64,000 nt of DNA. Origin: Takakia lepidozioides (Eukaryota > Plantae > Bryophyta). Of this stretch, positions 24,193 to 37,274 are shown piece by piece. The stretch covers positions 45,756,001 to 45,820,000 of the forward strand of contig CM060734.1 in NCBI GenBank assembly GCA_030704615.1, given 5' to 3'. Both the position numbers and the translations under genes were made by a program. Each line of letters starts with the position of its first letter. The stretch's first letter is position 1. The notes beneath the pieces were generated by a model. That model saw only the letters and a program-made list of their open reading frames with translations. It was not told the DNA's origin and did no database searches.

Positions 24193-27100
24193 CTAGGGTA
24201 GCATGTGCCGCTGGCCCAAGTGTCCAGTGTCACTAATTAAGCCCAAGTCCAAGTGCGTCTCCTATGTGGAGGCCCAAGTGCGACCTCTAGGGTAACCTAT
24301 GCCTTTGGCCCATGTGTGAAGAATTGAAATGTAAGACCAAGTGTGATTTCCTATGTATCCCAATGTGTCTCGTATGTCAAGGCCCATCTAAGCCCCAGTG
24401 CAATCTTCTATGTATCCAAGTGCATCCCCCGTGTAGAGGCCCAAGTGTCCACTGTCATCTAAGCCCAAGTGTAATCCAAATGTATCCAAGTGCGTCTCCT
24501 TTGTAGATGCCAAAGAGAGCCTACGACCAGATTTGAACCGGAGACCTTTCCTTTTATATCTCTCATGTCGAGGCTCCAACCATTCTCCCAGGAATGCCCA
24601 CTTTCCTATTTTTCGGGAATTTCCAGCGACCAAAAGTACTTGAAATTCAACATCTCCCACACCATAGGTCCAAAAATCATGAGACCAAGTCGGTGCACCC
24701 CTCCTCCTCCAGGGCTTTCCAACGGTACCAAGCACCAAGGCTGGCCCCGCGGTTTGGGACATCTCAAATCTACAAAACAAAACAAACGTCTCGATTCATA
24801 TATTGACTAGGGTAGCCTGTGCCGTTGGCCCAAGTGTCCAGTGTCATCTAAGCCCAAGTGTAAGATCTCCTATGTATCCCAGTGTGTCTCCTATGTCGAG
24901 GCCCAAGTGCGACCTCTAATGTAGCCTATGTCGTTTGGCCCATATGTGAAGAATTGAAATCTAAGACCAAATGTAATTTCCTATGTATCTAAGTGCATCT
25001 CCCATGTAGAGCCCCAATTGTCCACTGTCATCTAAGCCCAAGTCCAATCTCCTATGTATCCAAGTGCGTCTCCTATGTCGAGGCCCAAGTGCAACTCTAG
25101 GCCCTAGGGTAGCCTGTGCCGTTGGCCCAAGTGTCCAATGTCATCTAAGTCATTCAAGTCTAATCAGTATTTTTCCACAGGTCGGTCGATGGTGCTCCCC
25201 GGAGGAATCCTACGACCAGATTTGAACCGGGGACCTTTCCCTTGATATCTCTCCCGCCGAGGCTCCAACCATTGTCCCAGGAATGCCCACTTTGCCATTT
25301 TTGCTATTTTTTGTGAATTTCCAGCGACCAAAAGCACTTGGAATTCATAAACAAAATCAAATTTTCAATTATTGAATATATATATTATCTATTAAATAAT
25401 CAATATATAATCCAACACTAAAAGTACATATCCTTTCACAAATGGTTGTGGGTTCAAAGTATATATTGGAATCATAAAGATATTAGGTTTCCATTAGAAG
25501 GCATTAATTTTTGGCAATCATGTATTATCAAAAGCTACTAGGGTAGCCTGTGCCGTCGGCCCAAGTGTCCAATGTCATCTAAGTCCAAGTGCAATCCTCT
25601 CCGTATCCAAGTGGTTTCCTATGTGGAGGCCCAAATGCAACCTCTAGGGTAGCAGGTGCCGTGGGCCCAAGTGTCAAGTGTCATCTAAGTCCAAGTGTAA
25701 GATCTTCTATGTATCCCAGTGCATCTCCTATGTCGAGGCCCAAGTGCAACCTTTAGGATAGCCTGCACCCTATGTATCCTCTATGTATCTAGAGACCCTC
25801 ATGTTTGGGAGATCTAGGCCTAGGGTAGCCTGTGCCATTGGCCCATGTGTGAATAATTGAAATCTAAGCCCAATTTCTTATATATCCAAGTGGGTCTTCT
25901 ATGTCGAGGCCCAAGTGCGACCTCTAGTGTAGCCTATGCCGTTGGCCCATATGTGAAGAATTGAAATCTAAGCCCAAGTGCAATCTTCTATTCATGTATT
26001 CAAGTGTATCTCCCATGTATAGGCCCAAGTGTCCAAGTGCAATCCCATATCTAATCATTTTTTTTTTCAGAGAGCCTACGACCAGATTTGAACCGGAGAC
26101 CCTTTATGTCTCTCCCGCCGAGGCTCCAACCATTGTCCCAGGAATGCCCACTTTGCCATTTTTGCTATTTTTTGTGAATTTCCAGCGACCAAAAGTACTT
26201 GGAATTCCGTATCTCCCACACCGCAAGTCCAAAAATCGTGAGACCAAGCCCATGCACCCCTCCTCGTCGAGGGCTTTCCAATGGTACCAAGCACCAGGGC
26301 TAGGGCCTTGCGGTTTGGGACATCTCAACGTGACAAAACAAAACAAAACAAAACAAAATGGGCTTCCTTCATATATTGACTAGGGTAGCCTGTGCCGTTG
26401 GCCCAAGTGTCAAGTGTCATCTTAGCCCAAGTGCAATCTCCTATATATGCAAGTGTGTCTCTTATGTCGAGGCCCAAGTGCGTCCTCTAGGGTAGCCTCT
26501 GCCGTTGGCCCAAGGGTCCAATGTCATCTAAGTCCAAATGCATTTTTTTCCACAGAACCTACGACCAGATTTGAACCGGAGACCTTTCCCTTAATATCTC
26601 TCCTGTCGAGGCTCCAACCATTGTCCTAGGAATGCTCACTTTGTAATTTTTCGTGAATTTCCAGCGACCCAAAGTACTTGAAATTCCACATCTCCCACAC
26701 CGCAGGTCCAAAAATCATGAGACTAAGCCCGTGCACCCCTTGTCGAGGGCTTTCCAACGGGACCAAGCACTCAGGATGGGGCCCCGCTGTTTGGGACATC
26801 TCAAATCTACAAAACAAAACAAACAAAACAAAACAAACGTATCGATTCATATATTAACTAGGGTAGTCTGTGCCGTTGGCCCAAGTGTCCAGGGTCACGT
26901 AAGCCCAAGTGCAATCTCCTATGCATTCAAGTGCGTCTCCTATGTCTAGGCCCAAGTATGACCTCCAGGGTGTGCCATTGGCCCAACTGTCCAGTGTCAC
27001 CTAAGTCCAAGTGCAATCCCCTATGTATCAAAGTGTGTCTCCTATGTCGAGGCCCAAATGCAACCCACTAGGGTAGCCTTTTGCCGTTGGCCCAAGTGTC

Positions 27101-28905
27101 CAATGTCATCTAAGTAAGTTTTTTTCCACAGAGCCTACGACCAGATTTGAACCGGAGACCTTTCCCTTGATATCTCTCCCGTCGAGGCTCCAACCATTGT
27201 CCCAGGAATGCCCACTTTGCCATTTTGCTATTTTTGGGGAATTTCCAGCGACCAAAAGTACTTGAAATTCCAAATCTCCCATGTGAAGGGCCAATCACTG
27301 CTCCAGGAAAGCCCACTTTGCTATTTTTCTCGAGTTTCCAGCGACCAAAAGTACTCAGAATTCCACATCTCCCACACCGCGGGTCCAAAAATCATGAGAC
27401 CAAGCCAGTGCACCCCTCCTCATCGAGGGCTTTCCAACGGCACCAAGCACCGGGCCTGGAGCCCCGCGGTTTGGGAGATCTCAACGACGCTACAAACAAA
27501 ACAAACAAAATAAAACAAAACAAACCTCTCGCTTCATGTATTGACTAGGGTAGCCTGTGCCATTGGCCCAAGTGTCCAATGTCATCCAAGTCCAAGTGCA
27601 ATCCCCTATGTATCTAGAGACCCTCTTGTTTGGGAGATCTAGGCCTAGGGTAGCCCATGCCATTGACCCATGTGCAATCTCGTATGTATCCATGTAGAGG
27701 CCCAAGTGCGACCTCCAATGTCCAATGTCATCTAAATCCAAGTGCAATCCCCTTTGCATCCACAGACCCTGCAGTTGGGGAGATCTCCACGATCTCCACG
27801 TCATTGGTCCAACAAAGCCCACTTTGCTATTTTTGCAATCTACCTTGTCGAGGCTTAATATATTGATATATCCACTTTGTTATTTTTTGCGAATTTCCAG
27901 CGACCAAAAGGACTTGAAATTCCAAATCTCCCACGTGATGGGCCAATCATTGCTCTAAGAAAGCCCACTTTGCTATTTTTTGAGAATTTCTAGCGACCAA
28001 AAGTACTTGAAATTCCATATCTCCCACACTGCCGGTCCAAAAATCATGAGACCAAGCCGGTGCACCCCTCCTCATCGAGGGCTTTCCAACGGCACCAAGC
28101 ACCAGTGCTGGGTCCCCGCGGTTTGGGAGATCTCAACGACGCTACAAACAAAACAAACTTAAACAAAACAAAACAAAATAAACGTTTCGCTTCATGTATT
28201 GACTAGGGTAGCATGTGAGTGTCGTCTAAGTCCAAGTGCAATCCCCTATGTATCTCGAGACCCTCGTGTTTGGGAGATCTAGGCCTAGGAGAGCATGCGC
28301 CATTGGCCCATGTGTTAAGAATTGAAATCTAAGTCCAAGTGCAATCCCCTCTGTATTCAAGTAGCATCTTCTCTGTCATGGCCCATGTGTGAAGAATTGA
28401 AATCTAAGCCCAAGTGCAATTTCTTATGTATCCAAGTGGGTCTCCTATGTCGAGGCCCAAGAGCGACCTCTAAGCCCAAGTGCAATCTTCTATTCATGTA
28501 TCCAAGTGCATCTCCCATGTAGAGGCCCAAGTGTCCAGTGTCAACTAAGTCCAAGTGTAATCCCATATCTAATCATTTTTTTTTTTCCAGAGAGCCTAGA
28601 CCAGATTTGAACCCGAGACCTTTCCCTTGATATCTCTCCCGTCGAGGCTCCAACCATTGTCCCAGGAATGCCCACTTTGCCATTTTTGCTATTTTTTGTG
28701 AATTTCCAGCAACCAAAAGTACTTGGAATTCTGCATCTCCCACACCGCAGGTCCAAAAATCATGAGACCAAGCCCGTGCACCCCTCCTCGTCGAGGGCTT
28801 TCCTACGGTACCAAGCACCGGCACTGGGGCCTTGCGGTTTGGGACATCTCAACGTGACAAAACAAAACAAAACAAACAAAACAAATGTCTCGATTCATGT
28901 ATTGA
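24193..28905 (-). mobile_element. Head-to-tail array (~6 units) of non-autonomous Helitrons with internal subrepeats
   Basis: On the minus strand it begins A|TCAATACATG at 28905 and ends GGCTACC-type CTAG|T at 24193. Internal CTAG|TCAATA-type junctions near 24806, 26379, 26858, 27544 and 28202. No TSD. Confidence 0.75.
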
Positions 28906-29199
28906 TATTTGCTTCATCAAAATAAACTGATTTCTGTAATATCTATGATTATATGAAAGTTATCTGTACATATACATAAGGTGGTGCACAATTTCACCAA
29001 TGTTAATTATACATTGTAGTTGATGAAAACCTCTAGGGGAATTGGGAAAAAAAATGACCTTTTCAAAGTACACTTTTAGCGAATACGGTGTTGAGGCGTC
29101 TGTGGGGCATTTGAATTGGCGCATAAACCATGTCAGTAGGGCCAAACAAGCGCTTTAGTAGTTGTGTTAATTGTGTGAAGAAAATATTGATGGAGTGGC

Positions 29200-32100
29200 G
29201 TATATAAACAAGTTTAGCTGATGATGAGTCATAATATTCCATGTAAGTCAGTAATGGCAGGGGGGGGACTCATAGACGATCGATTGAGGGTCGAATATAG
29301 GGAAATGTGAATACCCTGGGGGGCTTGCCAGTAGTGATCAATGTTAGTGTCCCATTCTTCCAAATGTTGGCCATGTGGGTGAAATTGTACTTTCCCAGTG
29401 AACCCATCTTGGTGACTCATTAAGAAGAACTTCAGAGTCCATGTTGTAATTTGCAAAGAGCGGTTGCCTTATGCATTCTTGGAAATTGAGTGGCATAGTC
29501 TGAAAGATAGAGCCTCTGATTGTCTGCCAGGCTTTCCAGATGGATTGCCATGGTTGAGATCCCATCTTGACACCATCATTTCGCCCTTGAACAATCCACC
29601 TTAGATATTTTGCCCATAGAGAATAGAGATGTAGTGGGTGGTGATGAGCCCATGAGATAGGGCTGGATCAATTTGCTCCAGGGACTGCAGCGGTGAATGA
29701 GGGTCCTTGGGATCCACTTTGCGAGAAGTGTGTAATTTGAGCCCCTGGATCGATTATCCCCGTACCCCGGTCACTTTTCTTTTGACACAATTGCTCCCAA
29801 GAAACAAGAGCCCGTCGCACCGCCTGGCTGTTGGGCTTGCACCCCAAAAGAAGTTCCTTATGAGGGCTTTAATTCCTTGACCAAGGCAGTTCTAGGATCC
29901 CAAATAACCAAATGGATGCGAGCGGCACCTGATTTACCACCAAGGCTCTTCCCACAATGGACAACATGGCAGAACTCCAAAAAGCAAGCTTCCGTTTGAG
30001 TTTGGAGATGACCTGTTTCATTATGTCTTGCTGGGACAAATTGAGCCCAATCTGATGACCAAGTAGTGTATGAGCATGTCCCTCCTGAAGCCAATGCAGC
30101 CCAATATCTTCCCCCCCTGGCTAGCAATGGCTCGGAGTGGAATCGCTCTTCAAGAGAGACAGAATTCCCATTGGCTTTCTCCAGTTAATCTTCAAGCCAG
30201 AGCCCATGCATAAAGTTTGCAAAGCCTGCAGTGCCCTGTCAATGTTGCTTCAGAGGTATTGTCTAGCAACATCACTGTGTCATTGGCGTACATAGAGTAT
30301 TTGAGCATTTCTTGTTCGTATGTAGGTAGATGAAGCCCAATGATGTCGTGTCTGTTGTCCAGCAGGTGTCCAAGGGAGTATGCCGCAATAAGGAAGAGAA
30401 ACGAGGCGAGGGGACATTCCTGTCTCACTGATCTTGAAATGGGGAAGAAACGGGAAATGACACCATTCACCATGACCTTACTTGATGTAGACATTATAAG
30501 CAGAATGTGAACCCAAGACAAGAAAGGACCTCCCAATCCAGATTTCTGCAAAGCTTCTAGCAAAAAGGTCCAGTCTATTGAGTCAAAGGCTTTCTCAAAA
30601 TCAAGCATAAGAAAAGCCAATGGCTGGTTATTCAATGTAGCTCTATGTAATGCCTCGTGCGCCAACAAAATGTTGTTAAGGATAATGCGGTCCTTCAAGA
30701 AGCCTGTGTGATTTTTCCGGATGATCTTGGGAAGCAGTGGCTGTAACCTCAAAGCTAGGGCTTTCGCAATGATCTTATAAGTAGAGTTTAGAAACCTTAT
30801 TGGGCGGTAGTTTGCCATATTATCTCTGTCTCTTTTTTTGTAGATGAGGGTGACCAGCCCTTCTGATATTTGGGACAACATCAATTCTTTCTGCAGAATG
30901 TTGTTAGCCATGAGCAGAAGCCCCCCCCCCCCACCCCCCCATTGTGAGCCACATAACCTTGAAAAACTCTATGGGCAGACCATCCAGCCCAGGGCATTTC
31001 ATGGGGGCCATGGCCTCCACAACTTGACCAAGCTCTTCCACAATAAAATGAGCTGCCAACCTCTTTTTATCCCTGTTTGAGATGGAACAAGGGATTCCAC
31101 TAAATAGGACCTCTCTGGCCTGATTAAGAAGCGGGGTGGAAGTGCGCTTTTCAAACAAGTGCTGAAAGTAAGCTGCTGCAATTGTGGCCATGGATTTGGT
31201 GTCCGTCACAGGGGTTCTTGTAGCTCCTTCGCGCAAGGCAGGAACCATAATTGCAGAGCGGCGTTGTGCAGCTTTTGTAAAAAACACTTGGACATTTTTT
31301 CACCCTTCAATGACCAATTCACTCCCGCTTCGATCCTCATGAGTTGTTCTTTGTCATGTAACAGCTGGGAGAGATTTTTCTTTGCAGCTTTATAAGAGCA
31401 GAGTTTGAGGGCCTTCCCGCCCTGATTGCAGATGGTACTGGCAGATATGAAGACACTTAGTGATAGCTTTTTGCTTGCGCAAAGATTCCTCCGCTTTTTT
31501 CTTGGAGAGACGTTAGTCTTGGTACAGGCTCCTAAGATTTTGAGCTTAGAAAGGAACAGGAGAGTGGGGGAGGAGTAATGGAGGACATTGGAGGACCAGG
31601 CACTTTGGAGGGTCAAGATGACAGCAGGGTCCTTGAGGATGGAAGGATTTAGTTTGAAATAGCCCCTTCCCTACCGCTTAAACGTTGGGGTGGAAAGAGA
31701 AATCTGGATGCAGGTGGAGTGATCAAAGCCAGGAGGAATTGGGCTGATGGGGACCCTGCCAGACCAGCCTATTAATGCAGCAGAGCAGTACTAGAACCTA
31801 TCCAAGCGGGCAAGAGACATGTTTGGCGGGGCTCTATTGTTTGACCAGGTGTACTTCAGCTCCCCTTGATTCAGGGTCGTAGCATATAGCAACCCCACAG
31901 CTGGCATACACATAGAATCCTAAGAGTTTCTCTCAGGAATAGAAAGAGGATGAGAGCTAGGGCTCATCTTCCACCATATTGAGGTCACCGCCTAACAACC
32001 AGTTCTGTATGTCTATGTGATGCAGCATTTTACTTCTAATAAGCTTCCAGAGACATTCTCTCCCCCTCATCATTGGGCACATAAACATTAATGAGACCTA

Positions 32101-33818
32101 CCTTACCTAGAGAAAGACCAGATTTTAGGAAGACGGACTGAACACGACCTTGCACCCAAATTTCATTGGCTGCAAGGATGGACTGAAATTATAGGGATGG
32201 GGATATCAGGATGGTTGTCCCCCCTCTAGAGTCAATGACAGTGGGGTTCCAAAAGGCAGCGGCAGCTGGCCAGATAGAACTCCCAAGAGAATCAATTTTA
32301 GATTGGTTAAGCTTGTGTTCTTGAATGAAGATAAGAGCCGAGGCATTCAGAAAACCAGAGGCCCAGTTACGGACTATTGCTCTTTCGGGAGCAGAGTGAT
32401 CCGACCCAAGGCCTCTTACATTCCAACTGAGACATGAAAAATTCATGATCCAGAGAAATGAAGGCCTGTGGGGGTACCAGGACTTGTGGCCAACATGAAG
32501 AAAAAGAGAATTTGGTACGTTTACCCGAAGGTGTGAGGGTGGAAACCCATTTGAAACTAGCTGGAGGCATTTGCAGTAAAGGAAGTTTCCACATATACAA
32601 TGTTGTGGACCTCGTCTTTTTATTTTTGCAGCCCGGGTGGACTTGTAAATTGGTTTCCACTATCTTTACGCTCGGACAACCCGTCTACAGAAAGACTCCA
32701 TGAAAGCGCCTCATACAGAAAGAAGACAGAAGAGGGAGAGGAGGGAGGTGTTAGATTATCCCACCAGCCTGGGAGAATCCTTTGGGGGTATGCCTGTGAG
32801 TCAGTCAAAGGAGTCCACACCCTATTATGAATGAGAGCATGCGGGACAAAGAAGACAATGGGTGAGGGTGAGTTATAAGCATGACAAATCATGCTTACCG
32901 CTGGAGGAGATTCCACCGTTTCTTCTGGCAAGATAAATGTGATGGAGTGATGTAGCGGCGCTTTTGTGGATATATTGAAATTGTTGTCCCCATATAGCAC
33001 CAGCTCCCTATGAGGGTTTTGCTCCAAGTGAGTGATTGTAACATTGTTTAGCTCTTTTTGCTTTTGGTAGAGCTCTTCCACCCACTTCAGCCCTTCCTCC
33101 AAAAACCTGGAATAGTGCGCCCATGTCATAGGGTCTTTGACAGATAAGACTTGCACACCCAGAGCCACTTGTTTGTCCCCCCCCCACAAGTCAAGACCTA
33201 TGGCATAAATGACTGGGAGCACATGAATTATCGCCAGATCGGGATGGAAAATATTGTTTTCCACAACAATGCTTATATCTTGAACATTTTCCAAAGACAT
33301 GGTCATGTTTGGGAACAATTCCCTGAGAGAGAGCATCGTCAGTTGATGAGTGTGATGTCTCTTGCATTAGTCTCATGGAGATCTTTTGCTATTTCTTCTT
33401 TGACCCATGCAGAGTTGAAACCCTCCTTATCACTGGGGATGCAGAAGTTGGTATAGTCATCCAAATAGGTGTAGACAAGAGGAGTTATGCAGATCGCCAT
33501 TTTTCCCTTATGTAAGCTGTGCCCGGCCCCCACCCTGACAGAGGTCTTGCTTTGAAAGAGTGCAATTCCAGAAATGAGATTGCCAAGCTGGTGGGATGGG
33601 GGAAGGTTGGAGGGGCCCTTCCCCAAAATAGAGCCTCCCGAGTCATTTGTCGTGGAATTCTGCATTTTTACCCAGCTTCGGGCATTGCTTTTGCCTGCCA
33701 AGGAGGCATCTCTTCGGCCTCCCCTCTTAGCACTTCCTCCACGTGTGGCGGCCATGGGATGACACGACAATGACAATGACACAACGATTAGTGAGACATA
33801 CGATGATCTGGGATACAA
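29200..33818 (-). mobile_element. Decayed L1-like LINE (putative ORF1, APE endonuclease, RT)
   Basis: Endonuclease start SWNVRGL...IQEHKL at 32446. RT motifs KCPGLDGLPIEFF, NYRPI, LDFEKAFDSIDW, VRQECPLA, YAND. Frameshifted; boundaries approximate. Confidence 0.85.
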
Positions 33819-35689
33819 AGTAGGTCAACAATGCAGCCAACAACGAGTTGAAGAGATGAAGAAAGAGGGGAGATTGGAGATTTCAGGGCGGTTAGAACAA
33901 GGAGTGGGAATGCAGCCAGATCTCAGCAGAATGCAGAGGGGCGTTAGAAAATGAAAATCAGAGAGAAGGTGACCTTGTAGTGGGAATGAGGAGTGAGGCA
34001 TTTCTCTCAGCATGATATCGTGTCCTTGCAGTATCCAGCATGAGCCATTGCATAGTGAGAGTCATAAAGTATTACCTCGAAGTTGCAAAGTTATGAATAC
34101 TTCCTAACAAGCAAGCCTGGAGATTGCTGTCTACGAGGGGCGGAATTGGAGCTTGCACAGACGGACCATAATAGTGCGCTGCAATCCTGTCAACGCATTA
34201 AGGGACCGGAGCCTTCCACAGTAGGTCCACAGTGACTTGGTACATGGAAAGGCAAGAGCGATCAAGCTGGCATTGGTCAAGAGAAGCCGTCAAGCATTAT
34301 AGAGATGCAGAGGGATTAAAGAGGCTGGAGGTCTCAGCGTATGGGGGATTCCGTCAGTCTTAGTGGTCTGTGTAGAGCGTGCCAACAAGCGGGGGAAGCA
34401 TCGCAGTTTGAAGCCGGCAGCTCATAAAGGGTGGCGCCGTGGAGATGAGGGTGAGGTGCGAGGGGAAGCTTCTGGAAAGGAGTGCAAAAGTAGGGTTTTT
34501 CGATTGTTCCGGTTGCAGCAGAGCGAACCAACAGAAGGTGAGAGAGCTGTCAAAGAAATGAGTTAAACGCACTGTGCTTCATTTCCTTTCATGTGAACAG
34601 CGAGGAGGTCTAGTGAGGAGATAGTAGCAAGAGTACAGGGAGTACTAGGAGGACGACCATGAGAAAAACGGCTAATTCCCTTGCCCCCTCCCCGCAACAT
34701 GCGGATTTTCTACACTTGCCATTTTCGATTTTCCATTGATTCACAATATGGTTTTGCTCATCCGTACGATGCATCAAATTTAACCTTTTTCTTTCGCAAT
34801 ATCATTTCAAAATCTCTCCAATCCAATAAGGCTCAGTAAATTCACTGGACGTTAAAGAAACTTTATCTTATCTTATCTTATCCATGATCATATGTCTACT
34901 AGTTTTAACCTTACTGTTCATTTTTTGACACCTAAAATTTACTACTGCTGCCCACTAGACTGAGACTTAATGTGCAAGTGCAAGAAAGAACCATACAAGT
35001 TGGCACTTGCATTCACTCATTAAAATTGAGCCCATTTCAGAATGAGATTTGAGAGCAAACTGGATGTTGCACCCTCTCCGTCACAAGACTCCATTGCAGC
35101 CCCCCAACTAGTCACCACAACGCTCGCAGATGCCCATCTCGCATGGACAGAACCCCCCCCTCCCCATCCCCTCTGCAATATACCAACAAGCGTTTGAACG
35201 CTAATCACTCAATACTCTACCCAACCGAGCTACCGACTGTTGGTTTATTTTTAGTCTCTGTCAGGCACGGATAGTCTGACATGCCTCGGCAAGGCCCTGT
35301 GCTGAGAGCTCCACAAAGGTGCTCGCTGTGCAGATTGTAGGCCATTCTGCGTTTTCCAAGCTGCATTGCGTCCAGGTTTTGTTTTGGACAATTGCAAGCC
35401 AAGTACATGAGGACGAGGTTTATGGACAGGGGGATAAGTAAGGAGTCTACCTGGAGGTGGAGGAAAATGAGCGGACATTTCGGCCCTTGGTCACATCTAG
35501 GGAGGAAGTTTCTATGGCAGGCGAATATCGAAAGACCCAAAATACAGACGATGAGAAGCTTTGGATTGGATGTCTTTGTAGCCTCCTTCAACGGTGGGAC
35601 AGTAAGGTGAATGTTGTCTGGCATGTTACAGCAGAACCAGACGACGAGATGCATCGGAAAAGCAAGTTGATTATGGTAGCCGCGGGCTC

Positions 35690-36560
35690 TCTCTCTTTTT
35701 CCGAAGTATGTGAGACAACCCGAAATATCCAAAGCTTATCTTCGTCTGTATTTTGGCTTTCTGGATATTTGGCGAGACAGGTCTGTCTCTCTCTCAAGTC
35801 TTGTACTGAAAACTGCATGGCTTCTTAGACGGAACTGATTAGTCTTTCTGTCACAACTCCATTCATTCCTTTGCTTGACCTAGTCACCAACAACCTCCAC
35901 AATTTGTGGAGTAAAGTCTCTCTCCCTGGAGGTTGCAGTGTCTAATGCCATGTCTGATAGCCGAAGACTATCCGATGAAAATGAAGTTAGGCATAAATCT
36001 TCCCTGAACTTGTTTCCAGTCTGTGACATGGCCGAGGACCTTAAGGATGATCTCAAGGGCCTACCTACCCTGGGCACTAGACTGAAATTTAAACTCAGGG
36101 TGGGAAGCTTACTCTGAACTAAAAACAGATGCAGAGAAGAAAAGGAGATTGTGATTGCCCAATGTGCGGGCAGCCTGAAGACAATATCCGTTTCCTGATA
36201 TGGTGTCCCCGACATATTCTCACCAGGCAGTGACCCTCCTGAGGAACATCAAGAACATTCTTCCTGCACCTCTGTCCACCAACTTATCTTGAGGCTGAGA
36301 CTAAAGCCCTGGGCCTGTTGGGGGTCTAATTGCTGGGCATCTCAGCAAATTGATGCTTATGTGAAGGGCTTTTTAGAGGATATCTGGAAATCCCAAGCTA
36401 ATGGTCTTTATCAAGGCATGTCAACACTACCCAATACAAAGGTAGTGTCTGTTCCCTTTTGTTCCGCCCATCACAAGCTACGGCAAACATCGTCTTATGA
36501 GTACATCCTTTCCCTCAGCTTATGGTAGGTAGGGTCCTCTAAAAATTATGGATCGACATT
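35690..36560 (+). mobile_element. 3' fragment of a LINE (C-terminal zinc-knuckle region) in the putative intron of the DYW gene
   Basis: RLKFKLRVG...CPMCGQPEDNIRFLIWCP and VKGFLEDIWK. The latter is shared with the 55318-55711 insert. Confidence 0.55.
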
Positions 36561-37274
36561 ATCAATGGCAACCCTAAGGTCGAAAGCTGAAAGAGGTGGG
36601 GATGGAGTGTGGGTGCAGATCAACGAGGCACCGTGGGTAGATACCTGCAAGAAACATGCCTGGGAAGATGGCCAGTTGGAGAAACTGCAAGCAGCTGGGC
36701 AAAAGACTGCTGTGAGCCCTGATGAAAGGGGATTGGCAGGCCACATCTGGTATGACGGTCCTTCCGCCCTTACAGATGCAGTTCTCCTGTAATTCTGCAC
36801 TTTCTTTGTCATGGGCATTCTGCCAATAGTTCTCATTATAATTTTCAGGAGGACACCACCCATATCATCTCTAGAGTCAACGAAGGACCAGTTAGTTCTC
36901 TCCCTTTGGAAAGGAATGGAATGGAACATAAAACATTGTGTTGGGAAGGGGATTTAAAGTTACAGACAGCAGGGAAGCTATGTGCAGATCCTTAATGACA
37001 CATTTTAACCAGCGTGAAGGACAATATAAACTTGTTAGAAGTGGTCATTGGCAGTTCATGGATGAAAGGATAGTAATGCTGCAACTGATGTCTTAGTTGG
37101 TACATGTTGCAAGTGTGCACCTTCATGCTGTGATATGGAAAGGTAACCAACATATATACCCCCGTTAACATGCAGCAAGGAGCCTGTTGTGCGGAAGTGT
37201 ATGGAGGAGACTCGAGATGTATTCAATGAGATTGAATCTTGAGGTCTGTAACCAAGAATTCTGGGTACTGCAGG

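Noticed and set aside
24193-28905. CRISPR-like array
   Set aside because: Eukaryotic context, no unique spacers and no cas genes; the ends fit a Helitron.
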